DNA of 64,000 bases from Patescibacteria group bacterium (GCA_028717685.1 JAQUNI010000001.1:399451-463450), one strand, 5' to 3'; counted from the first letter of the stretch, positions 19,007-29,100 are shown. Notes: generated by a model not told the origin, from the letters alone. Numbers and translations are program-made.

Positions 19007-19621
19007 ATGTCTAAAAAAAATAATCCTGTGAACCCCGTTGGATGTTCACTATCTAACGGAGCCGACAGAGTCAACAATCAAAGCCTTTTAAATGAGATTG
19101 AGAAGATGCTCTCCGCGCCGCAAGGTCGGAATCACCTTAAGAATAATGCCTTGCTCGGTTTTTGCGCCCGACTTATTGCCACGCGACCTGAAGCGCGCGA
19201 TAACTACCGCCAATATCTCAAACAAAGGCTCTCTGCGCTATACCCTCGGAAACGGAAGATAGACTGGAAACAAAAAATAGCGGCTTTGCGCCTCCTCCCA
19301 TTGCGCCAGCTATTTACATTAAGGACAGCGTCTCTCTGCCTCTCCCTGATTTTACTTATTGTCCTCGGAGTGATAAATGGACAGAACCCCTTACTCCAAA
19401 AAACTTCCGAGGTTTCTTTAAGCCCAAGAACCATAGATAATGCCGCGCTCTCGGAAACAGACCGTATCACCCCCGTGAAAAAAACTTTGTTTTTAACCTC
19501 GGAAAAAATAAACTCCGAAAAAAATTACCGCGTCCTCAAAGAATATCAAGAATTTAAACTCATAGAATACACCCTTTTTGACGGCTCTAAAATTATTGCC
19601 GTAAAAAACATCTTGCTTTAA
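19007..19621 (+). CDS. putative anti-sigma factor / membrane protein downstream of ECF sigma
   Basis: Single TM helix (LCLSLILLIVLGVI). The call rests on position after the sigma gene. A TGTTATAAT extended -10 lies immediately upstream. Confidence 0.4.
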   Translation: MSKKNNPVNPVGCSLSNGADRVNNQSLLNEIEKMLSAPQGRNHLKNNALLGFCARLIATRPEARDNYRQYLKQRLSALYPRKRKIDWKQKIAALRLLPLRQLFTLRTASLCLSLILLIVLGVINGQNPLLQKTSEVSLSPRTIDNAALSETDRITPVKKTLFLTSEKINSEKNYRVLKEYQEFKLIEYTLFDGSKIIAVKNILL

Positions 19622-19744
19622 GGGGAACATCCCGAGAAATAAACCTCACAGAAATAAAAACACCTTTATTTAAGGGTGTTTTTATGTTTTGTAATTTAAA
19701 ATTCCAATTCCAAAATCACAAATTCTAAATAAACTTGAGTTCGA

Positions 19745-19832
19745 ATCGGGAATCAGGAATCATGAATGAGGAATTGAATTTTATAATTTATTCTTCTTTA
19801 TTCCTGATTCATAATTCATAATTCATGATTCC
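19745..19832. repeat. AT-rich palindromic element, family D copy
   Basis: GGGAATCAGGAATCATGAATGAGGAATTG ... TTCCTGATTCATAATTCATAATTCATGATTCC. Confidence 0.7.
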
Positions 19833-19837
19833 AGAGA

Positions 19838-20122
19838 CTACTCCCCGCAAAATGGATTTCTTAAATCCCCAATCCCTGACACGGGTCTTTGCTCATTTTG
19901 CCGCATTCTGTCGCTCACTTCATAATAAAGCCGCGTATTGACCTTTAATTCTTTAACCTCCCCCCCTTTGTCCTTCATCGCGAGAACATTGTCGTTCAGA
20001 AAGAAAATAACCATTAAACCCACTACTAAAATAATCAACATCATTATACAAACCGAAATCAAATTGCGACGTTTTTGCACAAAAGAAATGAAGTTCTGGC
20101 TGTTTATGGAAGGAAAATTCAT
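19838..20122 (-). CDS. hypothetical small membrane protein at distal end of pilus cluster
   Basis: ORF with one TM helix. The start was chosen to avoid overlap with the upstream PilO-like gene. Weak call. Confidence 0.3.
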   Translation of the reverse strand: MNFPSINSQNFISFVQKRRNLISVCIMMLIILVVGLMVIFFLNDNVLAMKDKGGEVKELKVNTRLYYEVSDRMRQNEQRPVSGIGDLRNPFCGE

Positions 20123-20126
20123 AAAA

Positions 20127-20777
20127 TCAATTAGAAATGTTAGTGGTATAGACTTCCGCTTCAACTGATGCCTGGATAAGGTCTGCCTGCGGCTCAATCT
20201 CGAGGGGGGGACTAGATGTCTTTGTTTCTTTATTTTTGAGAGTAAAACTCGCAAGGCGAGGATTGGTATAATAGTTTAGATTCTCTAGAGACTGTAAATA
20301 TTTCACAAAATTGGGAAAACTGCCTTCTAAATTCAACCTGTAAACCAAAGGCTCCACAGCGCGGCTTGGAGCAGTTTCTTTAGATTTTACCTTGCTATCT
20401 TCTCCTTCTTCTCCAGAAGGGGCGCTTTTCTTTGGCATTTCTTTCTTCTCCAGGTCAATTTTTTGCACCATACCCGTTTCTTGGGCAATCTTTTCCAACT
20501 TCTGGATGAAAACAATAAAGCTTGTCTGATCTAAAAATGTTTCATTGATTAAGAAAACGTCTGGTGCCACTTTCTCGTAATCCGCAGAGAATTTATCAAA
20601 ATTGCTCGCATTATAATCAAGCTCATTAAGCTCCTGCCTCTTTTCTACAATCTCGTTGCTTAAATTTTTAATATCTTGCACCACAAAATAATAGATTAAA
20701 AGACCGCCGCCCGCCCAAACGCACAAAGTAGCAAGAATGAAAATAATTAATTTCTTTTTTGGAAAAAAGGTAGACAT
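20127..20777 (-). CDS. type IV pilus assembly protein, PilO-like
   Basis: N-terminal TM plus coiled coil. Lies directly downstream of pilN in the pilMNO order. Confidence 0.55.
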   Translation of the reverse strand: MSTFFPKKKLIIFILATLCVWAGGGLLIYYFVVQDIKNLSNEIVEKRQELNELDYNASNFDKFSADYEKVAPDVFLINETFLDQTSFIVFIQKLEKIAQETGMVQKIDLEKKEMPKKSAPSGEEGEDSKVKSKETAPSRAVEPLVYRLNLEGSFPNFVKYLQSLENLNYYTNPRLASFTLKNKETKTSSPPLEIEPQADLIQASVEAEVYTTNISN

Positions 20778-20785
20778 ATAAAAAT

Positions 20786-21337
20786 TTACTTTAAATATTC
20801 TTCCTTAACTTTAAATTTTAACTGAAAATCCACATCCTCACGGCTTTCCAAATTAGAAAGGGGAGACTCAATGTCTTTAAAAAACGCGCTTTCGGCAAGA
20901 TTCTTTTGGAAACGCAATAAACTATCCCGCGTCTCCGCCACGCCCTGTATTTCCACGCCACCTCCATCCTTCTGAACCTGAAGACGGATTATTCTAACTT
21001 CGGGGGGCGTCAAACGGGTCAGCTCAACTAAAAAGGGACTAAAACGGATGTGTTGGAATTGAAGAGCCGCAATCTTTTCAAGGTTGTTGTTGAATTGGTT
21101 GATCTTATCCTCTAAAGCGGAAAATCCAGAGGCGGCAGAAGCGCTCTTTTTTTGCTCCAGATCTCCCTCTAAAATTTTTAAATTATGGCGCAACAAAAAG
21201 TCAGCGCCAAGGAGCAGGGCTAAAACCAAAATCCCAAAAATGGAAAGCACCAAGACTCTCCTGAAAAGAAATGAATGCAGTCTTGTTAATTTTAAGTCTT
21301 TAATATTTTGAGGAGGGAGAAGATTGATGGTAATCAT
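20786..21337 (-). CDS. pilN: type IV pilus assembly protein PilN
   Basis: Begins MITINLLPP (the INLLP signature of PilN), followed by a TM helix. Confidence 0.75.
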   Translation of the reverse strand: MITINLLPPQNIKDLKLTRLHSFLFRRVLVLSIFGILVLALLLGADFLLRHNLKILEGDLEQKKSASAASGFSALEDKINQFNNNLEKIAALQFQHIRFSPFLVELTRLTPPEVRIIRLQVQKDGGGVEIQGVAETRDSLLRFQKNLAESAFFKDIESPLSNLESREDVDFQLKFKVKEEYLK

Positions 21338-21339
21338 AA

Positions 21340-21458
21340 AACAAGTTCAAAATTCAAAGTTCCCGCCTGCCATCACCTGCTGGCGAAGCCAATGGCGGGC
21401 AGGCAAAATTCAAAGTTACAATTTCATTTACAATCAACTTTAAACTTTGCACTTTGAA
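21340..21458. repeat. AT-rich palindromic element, family E (word CAAAGTTCAAAGTGCAAAG) with GC-rich core GCCTGCCAT...ATGGCGGGCAGGC
   Basis: Related copies at 25812-25980 and 63178-63268. Confidence 0.7.
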
Positions 21459-21465
21459 CTCTTAA

Positions 21466-22530
21466 CTAAACCCCTTCCATCCCCCTTAAAGCTAAGCCTA
21501 TAGCCGTGGCATAGCCCAAAGAATCCTTACGGCTAACTTCCGGCAAATACTTGCTCTTGGGGGCTAAGATATTCACCCAAGGATCCCCTAAAACAACTTC
21601 CTTTTTTAAAATTATCTTGAGCTCTGGAACGAGGCCTTTCAATTTCGCGCCACCGCCGCAAAGAACCACCTTGCTTAAAATTTGCCCTTGGGGAAAATGA
21701 TCTTGGTAGAATCTCAATGCCGTTTCAATTTCTCGAGCTAAAGCCTCTAACCCCCCTTTTAAACTTTGATAAATCTTTGCCTCAATCCCGCTCTCTTTCG
21801 CGTTCAAACCATAAATTTTTTTCATCCCTTCGGCTTCGGTTATGCTGATTTTTAAATCCCGCATCAAGTTATTGGTAAAAGTTTCGCCCGCCGGCTCCAC
21901 GGAGGCTGTAAATTGGAGAGTCGCGCGGTCATAAATAATCAAACTGGTCCGGCTAATGCCAATATCCACAAGAAGATAACAAGCATTATCTCCTTCGCGA
22001 ACGAGACTGCGCGCGGTAGCCGCTGATTCCACCTCGCAAGCAATAGGAATGAGATCTGCTCTCCGTAAAACATTGATATAGCTGTCCACCAGTTTCTTGG
22101 GCGAAGCGGCGACTAAGACCTCTAAATGATCAGGGGATTCGCCCACTTTCTGCCAATCTAAATAAACCTCGCTGCCGGAAAGCGGAATGTGCTGTTCTGA
22201 TTCCCATTTGACCGCCTCCGCCAATTCCTCTTCGGGCAAACGAGGTAATTTAATAATCCGCACAAAAGATTCATATTCTGGCACACAAGCAACCACAAAC
22301 CGAGTTTTTATCCTGCCTTTACGCGCCTTTACCCTGCTCTCATTTATTGCCGCAACCAAAAGATCTTCCTTCACCACCCTGCCCTTAATAACCGTCCCTT
22401 CCTGCAAAAGGAATTCACAAAAATTAGAAAGTTCAATATTTTTTCCTTCTCTTTTTAGTTCAATCAATTTTAAACTTTGATCCGAGAGATCTAAACCAAA
22501 AGCATGCATTGAATAAATCTTAAATCTCAA
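21466..22530 (-). CDS. pilM: type IV pilus assembly ATPase-like protein PilM
   Basis: Actin-like ATPase fold, with blocks FGLDLS...LKLIEL and GGG...KGL typical of PilM. Confidence 0.85.
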   Translation of the reverse strand: MRFKIYSMHAFGLDLSDQSLKLIELKREGKNIELSNFCEFLLQEGTVIKGRVVKEDLLVAAINESRVKARKGRIKTRFVVACVPEYESFVRIIKLPRLPEEELAEAVKWESEQHIPLSGSEVYLDWQKVGESPDHLEVLVAASPKKLVDSYINVLRRADLIPIACEVESAATARSLVREGDNACYLLVDIGISRTSLIIYDRATLQFTASVEPAGETFTNNLMRDLKISITEAEGMKKIYGLNAKESGIEAKIYQSLKGGLEALAREIETALRFYQDHFPQGQILSKVVLCGGGAKLKGLVPELKIILKKEVVLGDPWVNILAPKSKYLPEVSRKDSLGYATAIGLALRGMEGV

Positions 22531-22619
22531 AAGTCAAAAGGCAAAAGTATAGTAGAAATAGAAGACTTTTAACTTTTACCTTGCAGATTTACCTTTTGAG
22601 ATTTAACTTTTAACTTTTT
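22531..22619. repeat. AT-rich palindromic element, family F (word AAAAGTCAAAGG / CCTTTTGACTTT)
   Basis: A second copy lies at 29088-29174. Confidence 0.65.
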
Positions 22620-23879
22620 TCAATATTCTTCCTCCCAATGTTCAATCGTGACCACGGGGGAATCGGTAGGCGGACCGAAAAGGCTTTTATTCAGAATCTC
22701 ATCATTATAAGTAATATTCATATCGCTCCAAAAGTTTAAAAAGTCAACCTCCCGACCAATAATTGAACCCGTAATATTCACCTCGCCCGTAAAGCTTAAA
22801 TTTTGGATGCGCACCCCATCCATAGCGTAAAGCACGCCTTCAATATTGACATCCCCGCTGAAAGGACGACCCAGAATTTCCACAGAACCCTTAGCGATAA
22901 ATCCCGAACCTTTGCCTGGAGTATTATTCACTTCCAAATGAATGGGTTCAGAACGAGCCCCTCCTGTGTCGCCGTAAATAATATTGCCATCCGCCACTAG
23001 AATACCATTCAACACCAAGGAATCGCCCCGCTTCAAACGCACATCACCCTCTACATAATTCACATCGCTATTTAAAACCAATGGATTATTATTGTCTAAA
23101 AGCGTGCGGAATTCATCTTCGGTATAAACCGCGCCCGCGCGGCTTTTGTAAGAATTGGGGTCGTCCGAGTCAAAATCAAGCATTGGCATTGCCACATGGT
23201 CGGGCGGCGCGGCACATGGAGAACACCCAACCACAGGACAATTCACCGCGCCACAGCCTTCCGTGGCATTAAGATTTGACCAGGAGTAAAGATGAATCTC
23301 ATCGGCAGTTAAAGCCTGTCCATCAATATTAGCCCCACTCCAAGCGAATAAATCTAAATCATCATTTGCAAACATATCCCCGCCCGTGATATTCACCACG
23401 CTCATATTAATATTGGTGTCCACATCGCTATAGGTTGCCATTCCCGCCAGAGGGCTCGGATTTACAGCCCGCACGACCTTTGTTTTGACAATTCTTTGTG
23501 CGGTAGCGCCGGTTAAAGTTAATTTTCCTATAGAGATAATATCCGCCCTTCCCGGATCTGTAGCCTCAATTTGCACCTCGTAGGCACCTCCGCTCGCTAA
23601 CCCGCTGTCGCGCGTCAAAGTGCGGCTGATATTTCCATCTTCAAATTCCTGCCGCCAATCAGAATCATTGCGCAGTTTATAGACCGCCTCATTAATACCG
23701 GCTTCGGCTAAATAATAGGTTTCAAAAGCCGAACCCTGGCTTAAAGAAATCCTTCTCTCCAAGGTAACAAGCGTAAAAAAGGTTGCGCCAACCAATAAAA
23801 GGACGCCTAAAATTAAAATAATCGTAATCAAAGCAAAGCCTGATCTGTATTGATTTTTTCTATAAAATCCTATTTCCAT
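22620..23879 (-). CDS. large minor pilin-like protein (PilX N-terminal-like domain)
   Basis: N-terminal TM helix followed by ...LVTLERRISLSQGSAFETYYLAEAGINEAVYKL, as in PilX-family minor pilins. The C-terminus is beta-rich. Confidence 0.55.
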   Translation of the reverse strand: MEIGFYRKNQYRSGFALITIILILGVLLLVGATFFTLVTLERRISLSQGSAFETYYLAEAGINEAVYKLRNDSDWRQEFEDGNISRTLTRDSGLASGGAYEVQIEATDPGRADIISIGKLTLTGATAQRIVKTKVVRAVNPSPLAGMATYSDVDTNINMSVVNITGGDMFANDDLDLFAWSGANIDGQALTADEIHLYSWSNLNATEGCGAVNCPVVGCSPCAAPPDHVAMPMLDFDSDDPNSYKSRAGAVYTEDEFRTLLDNNNPLVLNSDVNYVEGDVRLKRGDSLVLNGILVADGNIIYGDTGGARSEPIHLEVNNTPGKGSGFIAKGSVEILGRPFSGDVNIEGVLYAMDGVRIQNLSFTGEVNITGSIIGREVDFLNFWSDMNITYNDEILNKSLFGPPTDSPVVTIEHWEEEY

Positions 23880-23913
23880 TATACAATTTTAAAACTTAAA
23901 TAAAAAGATATCT

Positions 23914-24507
23914 TCATCTTAAATTGCGTCCGCAAACACCCGTTAAAAAATCCACCTTCTCTTCCAAAGAGAGAGCGGTAAGCATAATATGCACCAGCCT
24001 GTCTTCCCCCCAAAATATTAAATGATCAATGTATTCCGCTATAACCTCATCGGCATCTACCGCTTTTTCCGCGCTATGGCCAAATTCATCTACCGCGCTC
24101 CAGACCACCCACGAGTCCGGGTCAGCGGAAAAATAATAATGACTGCGCTCACGATGCAAACTGCCGTCCAGCACATAGTAACGAATATATTGTATAGGCT
24201 CCAGGGTATGACCGTCTTGGAACATAATCTCCGCCGGCGGGGGACTATCCGGGTCATCGGAAACAGGAGGCAGATCGGTCACCAATTCTTGAGATTGCCG
24301 CAAATCACGGGTGATGCGATCCAGGGCGACGCGACCGTTTTGGGCTAATTCCACCTTTTTGTTTTCTTTCTCCGTAAAGCGCAAAGCTAAATCATAAGAA
24401 GCATAGGCAAGTAAAACAACAACTAAACCTACACTGATAGCCACTAAGATTTCGGCTAGCGTAAAACCTTTTTGGGAATTTAAATTAACCATTTTACGAA
24501 TTTTCAA
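23914..24507 (-). CDS. type IV pilin-like protein (prepilin N-terminal methylation motif)
   Basis: ...NSQKG|FTLAEILVAISVGLVVV, a class III signal with G-1/F+1/E+5. Confidence 0.7.
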   Translation of the reverse strand: MKIRKMVNLNSQKGFTLAEILVAISVGLVVVLLAYASYDLALRFTEKENKKVELAQNGRVALDRITRDLRQSQELVTDLPPVSDDPDSPPPAEIMFQDGHTLEPIQYIRYYVLDGSLHRERSHYYFSADPDSWVVWSAVDEFGHSAEKAVDADEVIAEYIDHLIFWGEDRLVHIMLTALSLEEKVDFLTGVCGRNLR

Positions 24508-24636
24508 TTTCTAATTTTCAATTTTTATTAAATTTCTAATGATTTAATTTTTAAACTTCCTTATTAAGAAATGAGTGTTTGAAAATTGATTCATTGAAAA
24601 TTTAATAGAAATTAGACATTGAAAATTAAAAATTAA
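24498..24636. repeat. AT-rich palindromic intergenic element, family A copy
   Basis: AATTTTCAATTTCTAATTTTCAATTTTTATTAAATTT ... AAATTTAATAGAAATTAGACATTGAAAATT. Confidence 0.8.
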
Positions 24637-24642
24637 TACCTG

Positions 24643-25047
24643 CTAATATCTACTAACCAAAGTTACCCAACTTTTTTGTTTATCCTGGATTCCTTCCCGC
24701 CAATAAACCGTTACTTCTATTTTTTTCATCCCCTCATCTTCGGAGACCTCGTTTAAATCTCCGTCCACATGATGAATTTCGGTTTGGATTTCAAAATAAT
24801 GAAGCTGGCTTGTGGTATCTTCAACAGCCGAAGCGCGGGCCTCCACAACACCGGTTTCAAGCGCATTGTAAGGTTTGGCTATGTATTCCTCCATTTTCCC
24901 CTGGGCGAGGAAGGCGACCTGCGTGTCGTGGCGCGCGATTGTTGCTAACTTGGAACCCAGAGGTAAAAATTGCAAAACCGCTAAAAAAGCAATCAAAAAA
25001 ATAGCGAGAGCAACCACGGCTTCAATTAAGGTAAAGCCCTGTGCCAT
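24643..25047 (-). CDS. type IV pilin (prepilin-type N-terminus MAQG|FTLIE)
   Basis: GFTLIEAVVALAIFLIAFLAV. The long ORF extends to 25110, but MAQG is the typical short leader. Confidence 0.65.
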   Translation of the reverse strand: MAQGFTLIEAVVALAIFLIAFLAVLQFLPLGSKLATIARHDTQVAFLAQGKMEEYIAKPYNALETGVVEARASAVEDTTSQLHYFEIQTEIHHVDGDLNEVSEDEGMKKIEVTVYWREGIQDKQKSWVTLVSRY

Positions 25048-25126
25048 TATGGATTTACATCCGTGGCGTTCCAACGCGGGGGTAAAGGCGTAATTATGTT
25101 TATTGGACATAAATTATGCTAATTGT

Positions 25127-25251
25127 TCTAATTGACCTAATTGTTCTAAATAATGACCAAACCCCAATGTCTAATGTCTAAAATTTTGGTCATTTCACCA
25201 TTGGTCATTGGGATTTAGTTAGAAATTAGAAATTAGAACAATTAGAATAAT
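25127..25251. repeat. AT-rich palindromic intergenic element, family B (word AATTGTTCTAATTGACCTAAT / ATTAGAACAATTAGAATAATT)
   Basis: Copies at 40733-40890 and 43470-43621 share the arms and a central CCCAATG...CATTGGG core. Confidence 0.8.
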
Positions 25252-25318
25252 TTTAATGGAATCTTGCCGCGCCCGCTCTGGAAGCTTCGCTTCAAGCGAG
25301 GCGGGTTGGCACTTTGGA

Positions 25319-25834
25319 TTAATAGTTGATAAAGCCCGCGGGACGCACATCAATGGTCTTCACTTCATCATAACGATTAGCAAGGTCAATCTGACCCGCG
25401 TCCACCACTCCGCCCGCCGTGGTGAACTGAATCTCTGGATTGCTTAAATCGCGCAATTCCCGAATCTCAATATCGGAATCCAGGGTTTCGGTTTGGATCG
25501 TCTCCGGCAAATAACCGCCAGGATTTTCAGGATCTGGATTTAAACGGATAATCTCATAATTCCTCTTGCCTACTAAATCAAACCACACTAAATAGGTTAT
25601 CTGCTCCGTAACTGTTTTCTGCTGCGCCAATCTTAAATTCTGGACAACTTTCTCGGTCTCGCGAGAGAGTTTGTAGGTCGGCGCGAATCTCCGAAAACTA
25701 AAAAGCGTAATCGCGGCTAGGATAGAAAAGATAGACAATACGATTAATAATTCTATTAAGGTAAATGCCTTATGGTTATAGTGACTGTAATATCTACCCA
25801 TTTTGAAATAAAGAGTTAAAAGTTCAAAGTGCAA
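25319..25834 (-). CDS. type IV pilin/pseudopilin (prepilin-type N-terminus ...HKA|FTLIELLIVL)
   Basis: Class III signal motif. The true start is probably the internal MGRYY. Confidence 0.65.
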   Translation of the reverse strand: MHFELLTLYFKMGRYYSHYNHKAFTLIELLIVLSIFSILAAITLFSFRRFAPTYKLSRETEKVVQNLRLAQQKTVTEQITYLVWFDLVGKRNYEIIRLNPDPENPGGYLPETIQTETLDSDIEIRELRDLSNPEIQFTTAGGVVDAGQIDLANRYDEVKTIDVRPAGFINY

Positions 25835-25980
25835 AGTGAAAAGTTGAATTCAAAGTTTAAAGTTTCTTTTGCAAAGCGATTGCTTCGCAATAATTTTGCA
25901 CTTTGAACCGCCCACCCGCAACGCTTTGCTTGCATGGCGGGCGCGGCAACTTTGAATTTTGAACCTTGAATTTTGCACTA
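25812..25980. repeat. AT-rich palindromic element, family E copy with GC core (CGCCCACCCGCAACGC...GCATGGCGGGCGCGG)
   Basis: Arms AAAGTTCAAAGTGCAAAGTG ... CACTTTGAACC / CAACTTTGAATTTTGAACC. Confidence 0.7.
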
Positions 25981-25981
25981 A

Positions 25982-27202
25982 TTATAAGACGCTCGTTAAC
26001 GAATAGATCGGCAAAATCACCGCTATAGCCATCGCGCCTACTGCCGCGCCTATAACAAGCATCAAAACCGGCTCAACAATCGTGGAAATATTCTTCATTG
26101 TTTGATCCACGTCTTCTTCATAAAACTCGGCTAATTTGACTAAAATTTCATCCAAGGCGCCCGTCTCCTCTCCCACTTCAATCACCTGGGTCACGATAGG
26201 CGGGAAGAGAAGCTTATTATGAGATAGAGCCTTGCTTAAAGCAGTCCCTTTCTGGACCTCCACAATGGAGGCCTTCACTGCTTTTTGATAATACACATTG
26301 CCTAGCGCATCTGACACTACATTTAAAGCCTCTAAAATCGGCAGCCCGGAAGCGAGCAGTGAAGCGAGGTTGCGAATAAAACGGGCAAGGTTAATCTTTT
26401 TAACGACTTTGCCGATAACCGGCAGAAAAAGATAAATTCGGTGAAAAATCAAACGCCCTGTACGGCTGCGTATCGCCTTGAAGGCGAGGAAGCCAAATAA
26501 TACAATGCCCCCTAAAATCCACCAGACATACGCGCCCATAAATTTGCTGGTCGCGATCAAGATCCGCGTCGGCAGGGGAAGACGGGCGTCAAATTCTTCA
26601 AAAATGGTAACTAATTTCGGTAAAACAAAGGTCATCATCAAAAAACCAATACCGCCCATCGCCACTAAGACTACGGCTGGATAAGTCATTGCGCCCGTTA
26701 CTTTCTTAACTAAATCACGATCTTTTTTTAGTTGCACGGCAAGCTGATTTAAAGCTTGGGTTAATGTGCCGGAAACCTCCCCGGTTTTAACCACATTCAC
26801 GTATAAATCAGGAAAAACCTTCGGATGCCTGGCGAGAGCATCACAAAAAGTTACGCCTGTTTCCACGCTTCTGTATAAATCTTGAATTACTCTTTTGAAC
26901 TTACGGTTGGCTGTCTGGCTCACTAAAATATGGAGCGCCTTGACAAGCGACAGTCCGGCTTTCAGCATCACTTCCAGATACTGCGTGAATAATACCTTAT
27001 CCATTAGGGAAATAAAACCGATTTGAGTTAAAATTTTCTGCAAAAAAAGAACTTTCCCTTTTTTTCCCTTCTCGTCAAAGTGGGTTAGCAAAAAACCTTG
27101 ACTATAAAGCCACTCCGCAAGTTTAGCTTCAGAATCCAAATCAATTTCGCCCTTTTTGACATTGCCCTCTTTATCGCGAGCCGAATAAATGTATAAAGGC
27201 AT
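25982..27202 (-). CDS. pilC: type IV pilus platform protein PilC (GspF family)
   Basis: 406 aa with two GspF repeats and three TM segments. Confidence 0.9.
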   Translation of the reverse strand: MPLYIYSARDKEGNVKKGEIDLDSEAKLAEWLYSQGFLLTHFDEKGKKGKVLFLQKILTQIGFISLMDKVLFTQYLEVMLKAGLSLVKALHILVSQTANRKFKRVIQDLYRSVETGVTFCDALARHPKVFPDLYVNVVKTGEVSGTLTQALNQLAVQLKKDRDLVKKVTGAMTYPAVVLVAMGGIGFLMMTFVLPKLVTIFEEFDARLPLPTRILIATSKFMGAYVWWILGGIVLFGFLAFKAIRSRTGRLIFHRIYLFLPVIGKVVKKINLARFIRNLASLLASGLPILEALNVVSDALGNVYYQKAVKASIVEVQKGTALSKALSHNKLLFPPIVTQVIEVGEETGALDEILVKLAEFYEEDVDQTMKNISTIVEPVLMLVIGAAVGAMAIAVILPIYSLTSVL

Positions 27203-27206
27203 AATG

Positions 27207-27347
27207 GAGAATTTTCAATTTCTAATTTTTAATTTTTATTAAATTTATAATTAACTAATTTTTAAACTTGTGTCAATCAGGAGGTAAGGGTTTGAAAATT
27301 AACTCATTAAAAATTTAATAGAAATTAGAAATTGAAAATTAGAAATT
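27207..27347. repeat. AT-rich palindromic intergenic element, family A copy
   Basis: Same arms as 10907-11044. Sits between pilB and pilC. Confidence 0.8.
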
Positions 27348-29100
27348 ACTCTTTGGTTACCCTCAACACCTCTTCCAGGGTTGTCACGCCCATCTTGGCT
27401 TTGTAAAACCCGTCTTCAATCATCCTCGTCATTCCCTCACTGATGGCTTGCTTTTCAATTTCTTCCGTGGGCGCCCGCTTTGTCGCTAAACTCTGAATAG
27501 CCTCGCTGACTTCCAAAACCTCAAAAATTCCTAAACGTCCTTTATAACCAGTGTTATTGCATTGGGCGCAGCCCCGTCCACGGTAGAATAATAAAGAATC
27601 CGGGGTGATCTTGCTGGACACGATAGCCCCTTCGCGGACCATAATCTCTAAGATTTTCTTCAGATTCACCTCACTCTCCAAATTCTGCCAAGCCGCGCGA
27701 TCAAGATGGAAACTTTCAATACAATTACTGCAAATCTTGCGCACCAATCTCTGGGCGATGATCACATTTAAGGTGGAAGCAAGAAGAAACGGCTCAATCT
27801 TCATGTCAATCAGGCGGGGAATCGCCCCAGCGGCGTTGTTCGTATGCAAAGTGGACAATACCAAATGACCAGTGAGAGAAGAATGAATCGCCATTTCCGC
27901 GGTCTCGCTGTCACGAATCTCTCCCACCATAATAATATCTGGATCTTGCCGGAGGAGCGACCTTAGGCCATTGGCAAAAGTATAACCGATTTTGGGCGCC
28001 ACCTGGCTCTGATTAATGCGGGGCATATGGTATTCAATGGGATCTTCAATGGTGCAAATATTCACCTCGGGAGTATTGAGAATGTTTAGAATACTGTAAA
28101 GCGTGGTAGTTTTACCCGATCCCGTGGGACCCGTAGAAAGAATCATGCCGTGAGGCCGATTGATATTTAATTTGACAATCTTTAAAGCATTGAGACGCAA
28201 ACCCATTTCTTCCATAGTGAACGGCTTGGCGGATTCAAAAAGGAGACGCATTACAATCTTCTCTCCATTAAAAACAGGAATTACGGAAACACGGAAAGAA
28301 ATTTTATATTCCTCATTTTCAATCTTAAACCGCCCATCTTGAGGCAGGCGATGTTCATCAATTTTGAGGTCAGAAAGCACTTTAATCCGCGCCACCACCC
28401 CTGCCAAGATCTTTTTGGGCAGACTCATCACATCCCTTAAAACCCCATCCACCCTATAGCGCACCACAATTTCTCCCTCTAAAGGTTCAATGTGAATATC
28501 AGAAGCGTTCTCGTAGATGGCATATTCCAAAAGCGTGTCCACGATTTTGACTACGGGCAGCTCTTTGGCCATTTTTCTTAAATCCTCGGCGTCTTCTGGC
28601 TCCCGAATGCCTTGTTTGTCAATAATTTCGGAGAATTCTGTTTTCAGGCTCTTGCGATACTGCTTTAAAACTTCACTGATACTGGTAGGTGTCGTCAGAA
28701 AAACCTCAATCTTCATTCCTGTCTTCTTCTCCATAAATTCAATGGTTTGCAAATCCGTGGGGTCTACCATCGCCAGTTTTAATTTCTCTTTGTCTTTCTC
28801 AAAAGCCACTACCTGATAGTTGCGCGCGATCGGCTCGGGAATGGAAAGAAGAACCTCCTTGGGAATTTTTTTCTTCTCAAGATTAACATAAGGAACCTTG
28901 GATGTTTCCGCATAATGTTCTGCTAATACCTCTTCGCTAACCATTCCTTGTTTAACCAGTTCGGCGGCTAAAGTCACCTTATCCTGCTTTGCTTGAAGGC
29001 TGGCCGCGCGAATTTTCTCCGCCGTCACTAAATTATTCTCGGTTAAAATTTTAATCAGTTCTTCGTCTTTGAAAAACATTGAAATAGAGTCAAAGCGCAA
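27346..29100 (-). CDS. pilB: type IV pilus assembly ATPase PilB (GspE family)
   Basis: GSPII_E N-domain, Walker A GPTGSGKTTT, Asp and His boxes, and a tetracysteine motif (CSNC...CAQC). Confidence 0.9.
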   Translation of the reverse strand: MRFDSISMFFKDEELIKILTENNLVTAEKIRAASLQAKQDKVTLAAELVKQGMVSEEVLAEHYAETSKVPYVNLEKKKIPKEVLLSIPEPIARNYQVVAFEKDKEKLKLAMVDPTDLQTIEFMEKKTGMKIEVFLTTPTSISEVLKQYRKSLKTEFSEIIDKQGIREPEDAEDLRKMAKELPVVKIVDTLLEYAIYENASDIHIEPLEGEIVVRYRVDGVLRDVMSLPKKILAGVVARIKVLSDLKIDEHRLPQDGRFKIENEEYKISFRVSVIPVFNGEKIVMRLLFESAKPFTMEEMGLRLNALKIVKLNINRPHGMILSTGPTGSGKTTTLYSILNILNTPEVNICTIEDPIEYHMPRINQSQVAPKIGYTFANGLRSLLRQDPDIIMVGEIRDSETAEMAIHSSLTGHLVLSTLHTNNAAGAIPRLIDMKIEPFLLASTLNVIIAQRLVRKICSNCIESFHLDRAAWQNLESEVNLKKILEIMVREGAIVSSKITPDSLLFYRGRGCAQCNNTGYKGRLGIFEVLEVSEAIQSLATKRAPTEEIEKQAISEGMTRMIEDGFYKAKMGVTTLEEVLRVTKE

